A program made the position numbers and the translations under genes. From the NCBI GenBank assembly GCA_013416795.1, contig RQSC01000024.1, positions 225,982-289,981 of the forward strand: DNA of 64,000 nucleotides. Reading direction: 5' to 3'. Position 1 is the stretch's first letter. The number at the start of each line of letters is the position of its first letter. Shown one piece after another: positions 21,795 through 34,424 of this stretch. The notes under the pieces are model-generated. The model saw only the letters and a list, made by a program, of their open reading frames with translations, was not told the origin of the DNA and did not search any database. The stretch comes from Prasinococcaceae sp. CCMP 1430 (Eukaryota > Plantae > Prasinodermophyta).

Positions 21795-22490
21795 CGCGCT
21801 GAGCGAGGCGCGCGCGGGCCGTGAGGATGGTGAGGTCAGCGCGAGTTGCGGGCGCGCTCGTCGATGCTCGTCTGATACTCACGTGCGCGATGGGGGCCGC
21901 GCGGCGCAAGCCGGCAGCGCCAAGACGCGCCAGCCTGCGCGCGGCGCCTCCTCAGCCCTCTGCGCTCGCCTAGATCCCCCCGTTTACCGCCTCCTCTACC
22001 ACTTCCTCCCTCCCACCCACATCAACACCCCTGGCGCGCCGCGCAGGCCCCGACCGACCTGGTCCACGCCGCGAGCGCGAATCGGAAGTGCCGCGGCTGC
22101 CCCCGCGCGGCGCGGCGCGCAGGCGCGCGAAGGCGCGCCCGCCTCCGCACCGCCGCTCGCACGAGGCGCGCGCGCGCGTGACAGGAGGCTCCTTGACCAA
22201 TCCCAGCCCCTCGCGCCCTCACCTGCCCTCGCCCCGACGCAGCGCGTACGCGCTGTGGGGGTGCTGCGGAGCAGAAAAGCGTCGTCTCGAGAGAGCGAGA
22301 GGGAAAAAAACAGAGCTGCAATATAAAAACGGGAGAGTAATAGCATATGTCGAAATGAATTGGATTCTTCACGCGCGAACGCAGATGCGGATCTTTTTTT
22401 TTTTTTTTTACGCGGGGGCGCCACGNNNNNNNNNNNNNNNNNNNNNNNNNNNNNNNNNNNNNNNNNNNNNNNNNNNNNNNNNNNNNNNNN

Positions 22491-23379
22491 CGGCGTCCGC
22501 CGCCGCCGGGCCGCGAGTCGCGCGAATGTGTACGTCAGCGGCCGCGCGGCGGCCGCGCGGCGCGCGAGCGCAGCGGCACGACGCGTGTCAGTGCGAACCC
22601 TAAGTGGTGCACCGGTGCGGCGCCCTCTCTCTCTCGTGCTGACTCGTGCGCGCCGCCGCTGGCCTTATGCCCCACCACACGTCGTCCCACTCAACCTCGC
22701 ATCGCCTGTCTCACAGATGCTGCCGCCGCTGATACCGCCGAAGAGTCCTCCAAGGCCGCGCTCGATGCGCTCATGGCCGAGTCGTGGAAGGACGGAGTGT
22801 ACCCGGCGATGCACTACAAGGTGCGCGCGTGGCTGCGGCGCAGGGCCGCGGCGCGGTTGCCGCGCCCCGCCTGGCCACTCTCGCTCGCCTGCCTGCGATT
22901 GACACCACGCCGCCGTCTCTGACGCCGCGCGCCGCTGCCGCTCGCCTCCCCTGCAGATCGACGCGGCGTACAAGAAGGCCCCCGAGGGCGAGACCAAGGA
23001 CAAGCTCTTCGCGGCGATGAAGAGCGCCGAGGCGGTCACGGACTTCGGTGCCATCATCGACCACTTCCGCACGGAGGTGGACGAGCAGACCGGCGGCAAG
23101 TTCGGCGACAGCACCGCGAAAGAGCTGAGCGACGAGCACGCGGCGACGCTGCATCTCATCCTGGAGCGCTACGAGGAGTATCTCGGCTCGTTCGGCGAGG
23201 ACGAGGCCGAGCTGAGCAAGAAGGTGGAGCAGGAGCTGGGATGGAGCATGCTGCAGCTGAAGCAGCGCGTGACGGGCAACCTGGGCACTTCGTGGTCGGC
23301 GATGCCCGTCTTCGGCACCAGCGGCATGGCGGGCTCCATCGTCGACAAGCGCTCGCTCGGCGGCCAGAAGGCGTTGTGA
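22491..23379 (+). CDS. SDH5: Plant-type succinate dehydrogenase subunit 5 (5' end in gap); introns 22530-22716 and 22821-22956
   Basis: Spliced product ...RVARMYAAA (mitochondrial presequence-like R-X-Y/A site)...AAMKSAEAVTDFGAII...RYEEYLGSFGEDEAELSKKVEQELG...FGTSGMAGSIVDKR matches plant SDH5 RAAEAVEEFGGIL...RYAEYLDSFEPEEVYLKKKVEMELG...LGTSGLSGSYVEQR. Confidence 0.78.
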
Positions 23380-24146
23380 GCGCCCGACGCACATCGCGTC
23401 CCCACGCGGCGCGCGGGCGCTGCGCATGTACCATTTTTCCTTGTTTCCAGTCGCCGCCGCGGCCCGTGCGCGCGCGAGCGTTCCCCTCCCCCCCCGCCAG
23501 TCGACCCAAACCTTCCCACCTGCTGCGCCCCTCCCCGCCCCCGCCCCCCACTTGGCGTGCGCGTCCGCGCCCGGTGCCCCGCCCCCGCCGCCGCGCTCGC
23601 ACGCGACGCGGTTCGGGTCACACGCGCTTTTTAGGGCACGGATCACGCTCCAACAGGGTTTACAATTCGAATCCCAATTGCCCAATCCCACGTACCCTCC
23701 AATTCGCGACCCAAACCAAGCCTGCGCTTCGATGGAAGGGTTTTTTTTTTTTTTCGACGCGCGCGCGCGCGCGCGAGCGCCGCGGTTGCCGTTGTGATGG
23801 CCCGCGGGCCCGCGCCGCTTTTTTTTTTTTCAATTCCTCGCGGGCGCCGCCGGAAGAGGCGGGTGCGGTTTGATGGCGCGCGCCCGAAGCGGAAGCAGCC
23901 AAGGAAGGGGCCCGCTCGCGCGCGCGCGCGCGCGCGCGCACCCTAATTTCTTCGCGGGAGGAGGTTTCGGCGGCGCACGGCGCGGGGAGCCGCCCAGGGG
24001 GAATGCGGGTGAATGTGGACGCGCCGACGGCGCCGCGGAACGGAGCGCGGGCAAAAGCGGAAAACGCGCGTGCGCGCGCGCGCGCNGCGCGCGCGCGTTG
24101 ACCGGGCCCGCGGGCGCTGCCCTCTCCCGCCCTCGGCGGCCGCTGA

Positions 24147-25445
<1,299 letters not shown>

Positions 25446-25943
25446 GCGTCTCGCACCCATCTCACGCCGCGCCGCTCGATGTACAATATCTTGTAGCGCG
25501 CAACCCCAACCTTCACGCACAAAATCTCAAGCATGTAACAGCTCTCAGTTGCTACACAACATGGTGCAGCACATGCGAGGCGTGCTGGGTGAGGCGGAAG
25601 CGCGCCAATGCGCAGGCCCGCACTTCGTGGCACACCACGACCTGTACGGCGTCGGCCGCGATGCCATCTGCACCATGGGATGAGTATGTGTGTGTGTGCA
25701 CGCGCGCGCGCGCGCGCGCGTGGCGTAGATGTGTGTAAGTGGATCTTTTCTGTGTCTGAGTCACCCGAGGCCAGGGCCTGCGCCGGCGCGACGTGCGCGC
25801 TCTGTCCCCACCGAGCGCGTTCGAGCAGCGGCTGTTTTCGCGCGCGAACTCGCGAGGCTGCCACAGGTGGTGCCACAGAGCGCGCGTGGGAGAGAGCCCG
25901 CCCGCGCGCCCGGTGGGTCGGGCCGTTTGCGGCAGCTGGCACT

Positions 25944-27665
25944 ATGGTGCCAACGCCAGCGTGCGGGCTGCCGCGGGCCCGCCCGCTCTCCCGCGTACCG
26001 GGCGGCGCACGCGCCGTCGCGCCCGCTGGTGCTGGCGGCGTGCGCACGCGCGTACGCCCGTGTGCGAGGGCGGGCGCCGGCGCCAGCGCTGGCAGCAGGC
26101 GGGATGGCGCCGACGTTGGCGCCGCTGGCGTCGGCACCGAGGTCGGGGCTGACGGCGATGGCGTGGACGTTGTGCTCATCACGAATGGCCCGGGCGAGCT
26201 CACGTCGTGGGTACAGCCTGTTGCCGCCGCACTTCGGGCGCGCGGGTGCGCGGATGCGGCGGCGCGCACGCGCGTGAGCGTCGTGCTCACGCCGTGCCCA
26301 CACGCGAGCGGCGCCGAGCCGGAGGCCGCCATGCGCATCGCAGACTCTGGCCGTGTCTGCGTCGCGGGCGACTTCTTCCGCCTGCTTCTGTTCCTGCGCG
26401 GCGCCGGCTGGCGGCGCTGGGGCTTCCGGAGGCGCGGCGTCGTGGTCTTCCTTGGTGGCGACCAGCTGCACGCGGTGCTGCTCGCGTGGCGACTCGGATA
26501 TGCGTGCGTGATCTACGCCGAAGAGGAGGCGCGCTGGCCGCGACTCGCGCGATACGCGTTGCGCTCGCCGGAGCTGCTCGTGAAAGTGCCGCAGAACGCA
26601 CGCGAACGCGGGTCGGCAAGGGTCGTCGGTGACCTTTTCGCGGACGCCGTGCGCGGGGGCAGCGCGGACGGCAGCGCCGGCGCCAAGTTCGACGCCAGTG
26701 TGCTGCCGCTCGCCAATGCGCGCGCAGGTGTCACGGATACGGATGCGCCAGCCGTCGCGGACGCCGTCGGGCACGTGAATTCAGACGCGAACGTGCTGAC
26801 AGTAGGCCTGCTGCCGGGTTCCAAGCTCGCGAAGCTGCTCATCGCCGTGCCCTTCATGCTAGCCACCGCCGACGCGCTGGTGAAAATCCTCGCACTCGCG
26901 AGCGCTGGAGACAACGCCGCATCCAGGAACGTGCGCTTCGTGCTGCCGCTGGCGCCGACAGCTGACGTGGACACCCTCGCACGCTGCGCACGCGCCGAGT
27001 CGAACGAGTACGTGCGCCGCCTCGGCTGGGCGGAGGCAGACCTGGAGGACCCCGCTGGCGAGCTCGAAGTGTGCGCCATCCGCACGCGTGCAGGCACGCG
27101 CGCGAGCGTTGTGCGCGCGAGCTTGCACAGACACGCGGCACCCTACGAAGTGTACACCGAGTGCGACCTGGTGCTCACGACCATTGGAACCAATACTGCC
27201 GAGCTAGGCGTGCTGGGCGTGCCCATGGTGGTCGTGCTGCCCACGCAAGCGCTGGAGGTCTTCAAGGGCGGCGCCGGGGGGATCGCCGGCCTCTTGTGCC
27301 GCCTCCCAGGCGCGCTGGGAGACTTCTTTACACGTCGCGTCAATGCTGCCCTTCTCGCTGCGGCGGGTGCGTTGGCATGGCCGAACCGATGGGCAGGTCG
27401 CGAGGTGGTACCGGAGCTCGTGGGCGCGCTCACACCCGAGACTGTCGCGCGAGCGTGTGCGAGTCTGCTCCTGGAGCCAGCGCGGCTGAGAGCCATGCGC
27501 GCAGAATTGAGAGCGGCGTCGGGTTCGCAGGGCGCCGCGCATGCCGGCGGCGCCGCGCACGCGCTCGTAGAGATGGCCGCGGAGGCGGTGGTGGAGAGGT
27601 GGCCACAGGGGAGCGGGTCGGGAGACGGACGAGGGCCCAACGAGGCCGCCTTCGCGCACGCATGA
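25944..27665 (+). CDS. Cyanobacterial-type lipid-A-disaccharide synthase (LpxB)-related glycosyltransferase with transit-peptide-like N-terminus; intronless
   Basis: LITNGPGELTSWVQPV, VLTPCPHASG, VFLGGDQ, YAEEEARW, VVGDL, GLLPGSKLAKL, LTTIGTNTAELGVLGVPMVVVLPTQ and AWPNRWAGREVVPELVG match the cyanobacterial LpxB-like family. About 70 aa Ala/Arg/Gly/Pro-rich leader precedes it. Confidence 0.8.
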   Translation: MVPTPACGLPRARPLSRVPGGARAVAPAGAGGVRTRVRPCARAGAGASAGSRRDGADVGAAGVGTEVGADGDGVDVVLITNGPGELTSWVQPVAAALRARGCADAAARTRVSVVLTPCPHASGAEPEAAMRIADSGRVCVAGDFFRLLLFLRGAGWRRWGFRRRGVVVFLGGDQLHAVLLAWRLGYACVIYAEEEARWPRLARYALRSPELLVKVPQNARERGSARVVGDLFADAVRGGSADGSAGAKFDASVLPLANARAGVTDTDAPAVADAVGHVNSDANVLTVGLLPGSKLAKLLIAVPFMLATADALVKILALASAGDNAASRNVRFVLPLAPTADVDTLARCARAESNEYVRRLGWAEADLEDPAGELEVCAIRTRAGTRASVVRASLHRHAAPYEVYTECDLVLTTIGTNTAELGVLGVPMVVVLPTQALEVFKGGAGGIAGLLCRLPGALGDFFTRRVNAALLAAAGALAWPNRWAGREVVPELVGALTPETVARACASLLLEPARLRAMRAELRAASGSQGAAHAGGAAHALVEMAAEAVVERWPQGSGSGDGRGPNEAAFAHA

Positions 27666-27748
27666 CGCGAGCTGCGCGAGCGTGCTCGGCTAATGTGGAC
27701 CATGTATTATGACGACGCAGCAATAGATATGCGTGCGTCATCAGTGTG

Positions 27749-28456
27749 CTATTCTGAGTCGCCCTCGCCACCTGGCGTCGCTATGTCACACGCGGCCATC
27801 CCCGCTGTGACTGCGTCGGCCGGCGTCGCTGCCATCGTAGGCACGAACGTCTGCGTCGGAGGTTCGCGCACCTCGCCCCCCATTTCCGCAGCCCCCTCGC
27901 TCCCGGCCGCGTCGGCACTCTGTGGCCCGATGCCCGCGCACATCTCGTCTCTGAACGAGCTCGTCAGCTTGCTGAGGCCCTCCTTAAACTTCTGCATGTC
28001 GCCAGCGTCCTGCGTTGCAAAGAATTCCATGAGCCGCTCCTTTTGGGCCTGCCACGCCGCTACCACCTCTGGGCTTTCATCCTGCAGGTAGAGCGCGTCT
28101 AGCTGGTCGAAGCCGCCAGCAAGCTTGGCGGCTACGCGACCTGTGCGCCGCGCGGGACCGTGCAACAGCCCACGAGCGTGCGGGCACGAAGGGATGCACC
28201 GCTTTGGTCAACAGCCAGCGCAAGCAAGCACAGGCGAAGGCGAGTCTACTCGCGTGCAATACGCGCGCGCGTGCCCGCACGCACCCCGGATAGCAGTTTG
28301 TGACATGCCGGCAGCGTCAGCCGCGGCCTCGGCCTCAGCGCCTGCGCTGTGCCTCGCAGGAGGCAGAGGCGGAGGCGGAGGCGCCGGCGGTGCTGCCGCT
28401 GCCTCCGCCGCGGGCGGGCCGTCCTCTGCGGCGGCGCGGTCATCGCTGCCGTCCAT
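27749..28456 (-). CDS. Hypothetical protein (exons 28456-28285, 28140-27749)
   Basis: ATG 28456; G|GTGCGT donor and CACAG acceptor join in frame to GRVAAKLAGGFDQLDALYLQDESPEVVAAW...; no family recognised. Confidence 0.5.
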
Positions 28457-28779
28457 CGCCTCAGCGCGCGCCTCCAAGACCCGCGCGGCGACACGCGGCG
28501 GCGCGTGCAGCGGCCACCAAGTGCCCCTTTCCCTTGCCCCCTCTCACCTCACGTGCGCGCGGCGAGCCTCAGTCGGCACTGCGGGCGCGCGCTTGCGCGA
28601 CCGCGGCGCTCGCGCTCTCGGGGAACCAGTTCCGGGTGAACGCAATTCAGTATCTCCCAGGTGGAGCACTAACCCGAATGGCTGCGTGGACGAGCAGGCC
28701 GAGGACAACGACATCGAGGCGGCGATCGTCACGATCGAGGGCGGCACGAGCTGAGAGTCTAAGTTACCCACGCTTACTA

Positions 28780-29644
28780 TTAGTCATCGGCATCGCCACC
28801 GCCGAGCGCGTCGACCACGAGCGGGGCAGCAGCGCCCACCAGAGCGAGCGCTGCGACTGCGAGCCGGCGTCGCGCGCGACGGCGGCGCGGCAGCGGTCGG
28901 CGCCGGCGTGGGCCTGCGCCGCCCCCCACTACGAACACGACGGTCCCCTGCGCGCACACGAGCGTCTCAGAGTCAGCGATTGCAAGGCGAAGATGCACGG
29001 ATGCACTGCTGCGCAACGGGGAAGGTGGGGAACGAGTGCGCGCGTCGCAAGGCCTGGGCACGTACTGGTAGCATTGCCGCCCAAGAACAGAGCGCGAAGG
29101 TCGGCAGTGGCACATCCTCGCATAGGCCGAAGGCGTAGTTGGAGAGCTCGTAAGGCAGCACTGGCGTCAGGCGTGCGAGAACGACCGCACGCGCTGCGCC
29201 GACGCGCTCGACGCTGCGCTCAAGCCGCTCGAGCGCGCCGCCAGCCACCCTCGCGGCGAATGGTCTCAAAGCGGAGCGTGCTGCAACGAAGGCGACGCAC
29301 GCAGCGAGTGTGGAGGACACGCTCACGGCAGCGACGCCCTTTGTGGGACCCCACAGCGCGCCAGCACCGACGCTGAGCACGGCTGTCGGCGGAAAGAAGA
29401 CGAGCGCCGACGAGCAGTAGAGCGCCGCGAACGCGCCATAGCGCGCCGCCGCGGGCAGCTCGCCGAGGGCGTCCGCAAACGTCGACGCATCACCCGCGAG
29501 CGCATCACCAAGTGCGCCCACGTCAAGTGCCACCGCTTGTCTCCTTCGCCGCCGCGCGCCCAGCCGCTGCCCCGCGCGGCTGGCGCGCGGCTGTAGCGTG
29601 CGCCTGCCGGCCGGCCGGGCAAGCGCCTGCTGCGCAGCAGCCAT
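28780..29644 (-). CDS. TVP38/TMEM64 (SNARE-associated Golgi, VTT/DedA domain) membrane protein; intron 29065-28948
   Basis: FFPPTAVLSVGAGALWG, SSTLAACVAFVAAR, LARLTPVLPYELSNYAFG, MLP|GTVVFV. Confidence 0.82.
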
Positions 29645-29674
29645 CGGCCTGAGGCCCGGCGCGCGGTGCAGCCG

Positions 29675-29708
<34 letters not shown>
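29675..29708. repeat. C34 homopolymer (G34 on the TVP38-like sense strand, just upstream of ATG 29644)
   Basis: Directly visible run. Confidence 0.95.
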
Positions 29709-29711
<3 letters not shown>

Positions 29712-29980
29712 CCCTCGAGCATGCAGCGGTGTGGCAAGCACACGCACATGAGCGTTATCCAACCCTGCCAATGCCCGGCGTTAGGGTTGGGACTGTGCCC
29801 GCAAGCTTGAGCACGCGATTATTGATCCAGAGTGATGGGTGATTTCCAGGTCGGATTTAGGGATAAACGACAAGGGTTTACGTACACGTGGCGCTATCCA
29901 GCGGGTTCCCGCGGGGTGTCGTCTGAGGTGCGAGTGGGGGGCGGCACAGGCGCGGTCCTTGGCGAGGCGCGCCGTCGAAG

Positions 29981-31598
29981 ATGGCGGCAGGCGGCGGTCC
30001 CGCGGCCTCCGTGGTGCCGCCGCACATCGCCGTTGTCGGGGGTGGCGTCGCCGGCTGCGCGGCAAGCGCTCCGCGCGTGAAGTTCTCACGCTGCACACGC
30101 GGTGAGCCTCGCCGCCGACAGTGTATTCCCGCGCGCTCGCGCGCGCGGGCGCGGCGCGCGTGACAGTGCTCGACTACGGCTCAAGAGGCGTGGGAGGCCG
30201 CGCGTCCCACCGGGAGCGGCGAGGGGCCACGGACGGTCCGCCTGACTCGCGGCACGATCATGGGTGCCAGCACGTGTGTGTGCGCGCGGACGCATCGCGG
30301 GTGTGGCGCGACACGGTTGCCGAGTGGGTGGCGGCCGGCGCCCTCGAGTCCTGGACGCCGCGAGTGGCTGCGGTCGGCGCCGGTGCCGACGCCAGCTTCT
30401 TCGGTGCATCAGCCACGCTCGCTGCACGCGACGGCGGGGCGCTCGAGGCGCTGAGCGTTGAAGAGCGCCCACCCACGGCCGAGAGACTGTACACTGCGCG
30501 AGGTGGACAGCGCAACCTTTGCGAGGCGCTGCTGCGTGGGCTTGACGGCGTGTGCGTGCGGCGCGGCGTGCGCGTGCGTGCTATTGAGCGCGTCGAGAGC
30601 GCGCAGCGGTGGGTGCTGCGTGGCAATCCGGGCAACGATGCTCACCACGAGGCCAGCGAGGCGCGCGTGGGCACCGTCGACGAGGTTGAGCTGCTCACCG
30701 CCGATGGCGTCGTATTTACCGATTCCATGTGCGCCTTCCCGGACTGGCACCGCGCGGCAGTGCTAGGGCTGCATGCTGAGGCGCCCGCGCTTGCGGCCGC
30801 CATGAGCGCGCGCCGCATGGCGCCCCTCTTCGCGTGCATGCTATCTTTCGAGTCCGCACCGGTGCTGCCGCTCAGGTTTGACGCATGCGTCATGGGCGCG
30901 CCCGGCGGCGAGGACGTCGAAGAGAGCGTGCTGCAGTGGGCGTGCAATAACGGCAGCAAGCCGGGGGGCGAGGGGACGCACGAGCAGTGCTGGACGCTGG
31001 TGTCCACGCGCACTTTTGCAGAGTCGTGCCTTCGCGATGAGCCCATGTCGGCACCCACGGCGGAGGGTGGCGCATCAGGAGAACATCAGGGCGCGTCGCG
31101 CGTGTACCGGCCCCAGGAGCAGTGGTACCTGAAATCAGCGCCCGCCGAGGCGATGGTGATCGCCTTCAAGCGCGCCTGTGAGGGGGCGGGTCTCGTGCCC
31201 ACCGGCTTCCAGTGGCCGCGCGTGGCACACAGCGTGTGCCAGCGCTGGGGTGCCGCGTACGTCGACATGGACGCGAGCGAATATGTCGAGAGAGGGCTCT
31301 GGCGCGGTGAGGCTGCAGGCGACGGTAGTGGCGCTGGCACGCACACCGCGCCGTACCTTCTCGACGAGGAGCTAGGTGAGTGCACACCCCCAGCCACCAC
31401 CGCACCTCATGGCGCCGCACCCACGTGCTGACGCGCGCGCCCGCGCGCCGTCGACTTGCTCCGCTCCCAGGGCTGGCGGCGGGTGGCGACTTCTGCGGTA
31501 GCGGCCGCGGAGTCGAGGACGCCGCGCTGAGCGGGGCAGCCGCAGCGACGGCGCTGGCCAAGGCTCTCTCAAGAGCGCCACATCGAGGTGCCATTTAG
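29981..31598 (+). CDS. FAD/NAD(P)-dependent oxidoreductase, renalase-like; last intron 31376-31470, first junction unresolved
   Basis: IAVVGGGVAGC dinucleotide-binding motif, GGRASHR, DHGCQH, WACNNGSKPG, QRWGAA, GGDFC...VEDAALSG. Confidence 0.8.
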
Positions 31599-31764
31599 TA
31601 ATTTGTTAATTTTGCCCCGCCCAGCTGCACATTTGCAACGCTTCGCACCGGGCGAGGACGCATCTGACACACGGCTGCGCGGCTCAGCTTGGACGCGCGC
31701 AACCCCAGCGCGCGCCTGAAGAGAGCGCACGAGCCGCACATACGCACGATCGTGTACCCGCACA

Positions 31765-33731
31765 TCACGCATACGCCTGCTGGGCATCGGAGAGATACTC
31801 GCCGCACGCCTCCTCCCGGTCCGCGCCGTCCGTGGCGCCCTCGGCTTCTTCCGGCTCGGGCTCGGGGAAAGCACCCTTGTGCTTGAGCCAAACCTTGGGG
31901 CGCGCGTGTGGGTCGAAGCCACCGGTGTCATCAGGGCGCTTGGCGTGGCGCGTGACGACAGCACCTTCGACCGCCACGCGCTTCACGCGCTCGACAGGCG
32001 CGTCGGACTTCTCACGCTCAGCCGCTTTCACGAGCACCAGCCGCCGCGCGAAGGCCGTGTGGTCCGTGCCGCGCTTGAACGGCGAATCAAAGGTCTTGCC
32101 GCCCTTGTGCCGGTCGATGGACTCGCAGAGCGACACCTCAACCTCGTCGCCCACCCCGAGCTCGGCATCGCCCATGACCTCGTGCACATGGAAGCGGATG
32201 TTCATGAGACGATGCTCATTCGTGATGTCCACGTCGAGGATCCCGAAGCTGCCGCCCACCGACTTCACCAGCGCCTTGAAGCGGCGGAGTGTCACGTTCG
32301 TAGCACGCCGCGCCTTGGGGTCGCGCTTCGCCGCCGCTGACTGGAATGACACCCAGTCGCCCGGGCGCGGATACGCCTCGCCTTTCGACAGATCGCCGCG
32401 GCCGAAAGGCAACCGCTCGATCAGCCGACCGGTGTCGTCCTCGAAGGGCTCACCGACGGGATCGCGCGGGCGGTTAGGCTCTTCGCTCTTCGCCTTGGAT
32501 GGCGTAGTCTCAGCAGGTGCCTCGGTATCCTCAGCCTCGGCGCCGGCGGCGGTCTCTGCCTCCGTGACGTCGCCCTCAGCCGCGACGGCAGTCTCCTCTG
32601 CGGGCTTCTCCTCAGGCTCCTTGGGCTTCATGCGCCAGTCCTTGAAGTCAGCCTTGGTGCCCGCCTTGATGACGCGCTCGAGCAGGCCGTCGGGAGACGC
32701 GCCGCCGCGGCCGCCCCGGCCACCGCGCCCGCCACCACGACCGCCCGGGCCGCTCCCATCCCCAGCACGCCGCACGATGGTGCCGAAAAGCACCTCCTCG
32801 TCGATGGTGTCGAAGACGGCCGATCCCTTCGGCGCGGCCTTCACGCGCACCGCCACAGTGCGCTTGGAGCGCGGGTCGAGCTTGACGCTGAAGCGCAGGT
32901 CGATGCCGACCGACAGTTGGTCCGGCGACAGGTCCTGCAGCTCGCTGAAGTGGAAGAAAACGTCAGCGGCAGTTTCGCATCGCTTGATGAATCCGTACGA
33001 CTCCGCCAAGCGCGCGACGACACCGAGTTCGGTCTCATCCTCCTTGCGCTCGACCACCTTCACGGCGGTGGCCATGCGCTCGTTCGACTGCTTGTGCACG
33101 CTGACCTGGAAGGACACCGTGTCCCCCGTGGCCGCGGCCTCACGCGGGTTGTCCATGTCGTAGAGGGTGTAGGTCGCGCGGTGCTCCTTCGCCTCGTCCC
33201 CGTCACCTTCGGTGTAGACAATGATGCCAGCATTGCGAGCCTCGCGGCCCGAGGTGGCATCCTTCTCGACCACGCCAGTGAATGTGCCCGAGAGAGACTC
33301 GTCAAACTTCACGGTGCCATGCGGGAGTTTCTCCAGGCGGCTCGCTACTGGCTTGCCCGAGCGCGGGTCTGTCACCACCATGAAGCTGACCTCGTCCTCG
33401 CGCTTGACCCGGCGGACGCCGCTCTCGCCGAAGCAGCACTCGGAGAAGTGGAACCAGAGGCGCGCCTCCGGGCGGTCAGCGCAACGGATGTGCCCGAAGT
33501 TGTCACCCACGGAGGTCACCAAGCCTGTCTCTCTTTCTTGCGTCGGCACGCCCAGAAGCTTCAAGTTGGTCGCGCGCGCGCGGCCACGGTCCGCCCGCTG
33601 CGGCACCATGATGGAGAACTCCACGAGGTCGCCCACGTGCAATCGCTCCGGCGACTTGGTGCTGCCCTCCGCGGCCTCCGCGTCATCGGCTTCCAGGTCA
33701 AAACCCACCGACATTGGCACACGCGACTCCC

Positions 33732-33769
<38 letters not shown>

Positions 33770-34424
33770 CCGCCGCCAGCGCGCGGGGCATCCTGCTCGC
33801 TCCCAGCGGCGGGTGGCACCCCGCCATCGCCCTCTCCCCCGCCGGGAGCAGCGGCCTCGTCGGCAGCGCCCGCGTCGACGTCCAGCTTCTGCACCTCCTC
33901 TGCCGCGGCCGCGGCCGCAGCGTCAGCGGCAGCGCGCTTGTCCTGATCGGGCTGATCGACGCCCTTGAGGGAGACGTTGCCGCGCCTGTTTGCGCCGAAG
34001 AAGCTCACGATGCCGCGGAACACGCCCGGGAGCGGCTCCTCGAACTTAACCGAGCCACGCGGCAGGAAGGTCACGTGCTGCGCCGCCGGCCTGCCCTTGT
34101 TGCCGCCGCTGCCCTGGCCGACGGTGAACTCGACCTCCTGGCCCTGCCTGATGAGCTCGTACATTGTCGGCCGCATGCCGTACGCTGCCGCGCCCTCCGG
34201 GGAGTCCTGTGGCGGCACGATCTGGCTCACGTGCGCGAAGACCTGCTCGTCGCGGCCAACGCACTTGATGAAGCCGAAGGACTCGCGCACGGACACCACC
34301 ACACCACGCTCGCGCGGCCCGGGAGGGGGCCCGGCCTCGTGCGACGCGCGCCCGCCGCCGCCGCCCAGGGGGGCTTCGCTACCTCCGGGCGCGCCAAGGT
34401 GCACACGTCGACCGTGGCGCTCAT
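31765..34424 (-). CDS. UNR/CSDE1-like multi-cold-shock-domain RNA-binding protein with SUZ-C-like tail (start codon unresolved)
   Basis: Repeated CSDs: RGVVVSVRESFGFIKC..VFAHVS, TGLVTSVGDNFGHIRC..LWFHFSE, LGVVARLAESYGFIK..VFFHFSE, ALVKSVGGSFGIL..RFHVHE, alternating with non-canonical CSDs; C-terminal VTRHAKRPDDTGGF; Q10 tract. Confidence 0.8.
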
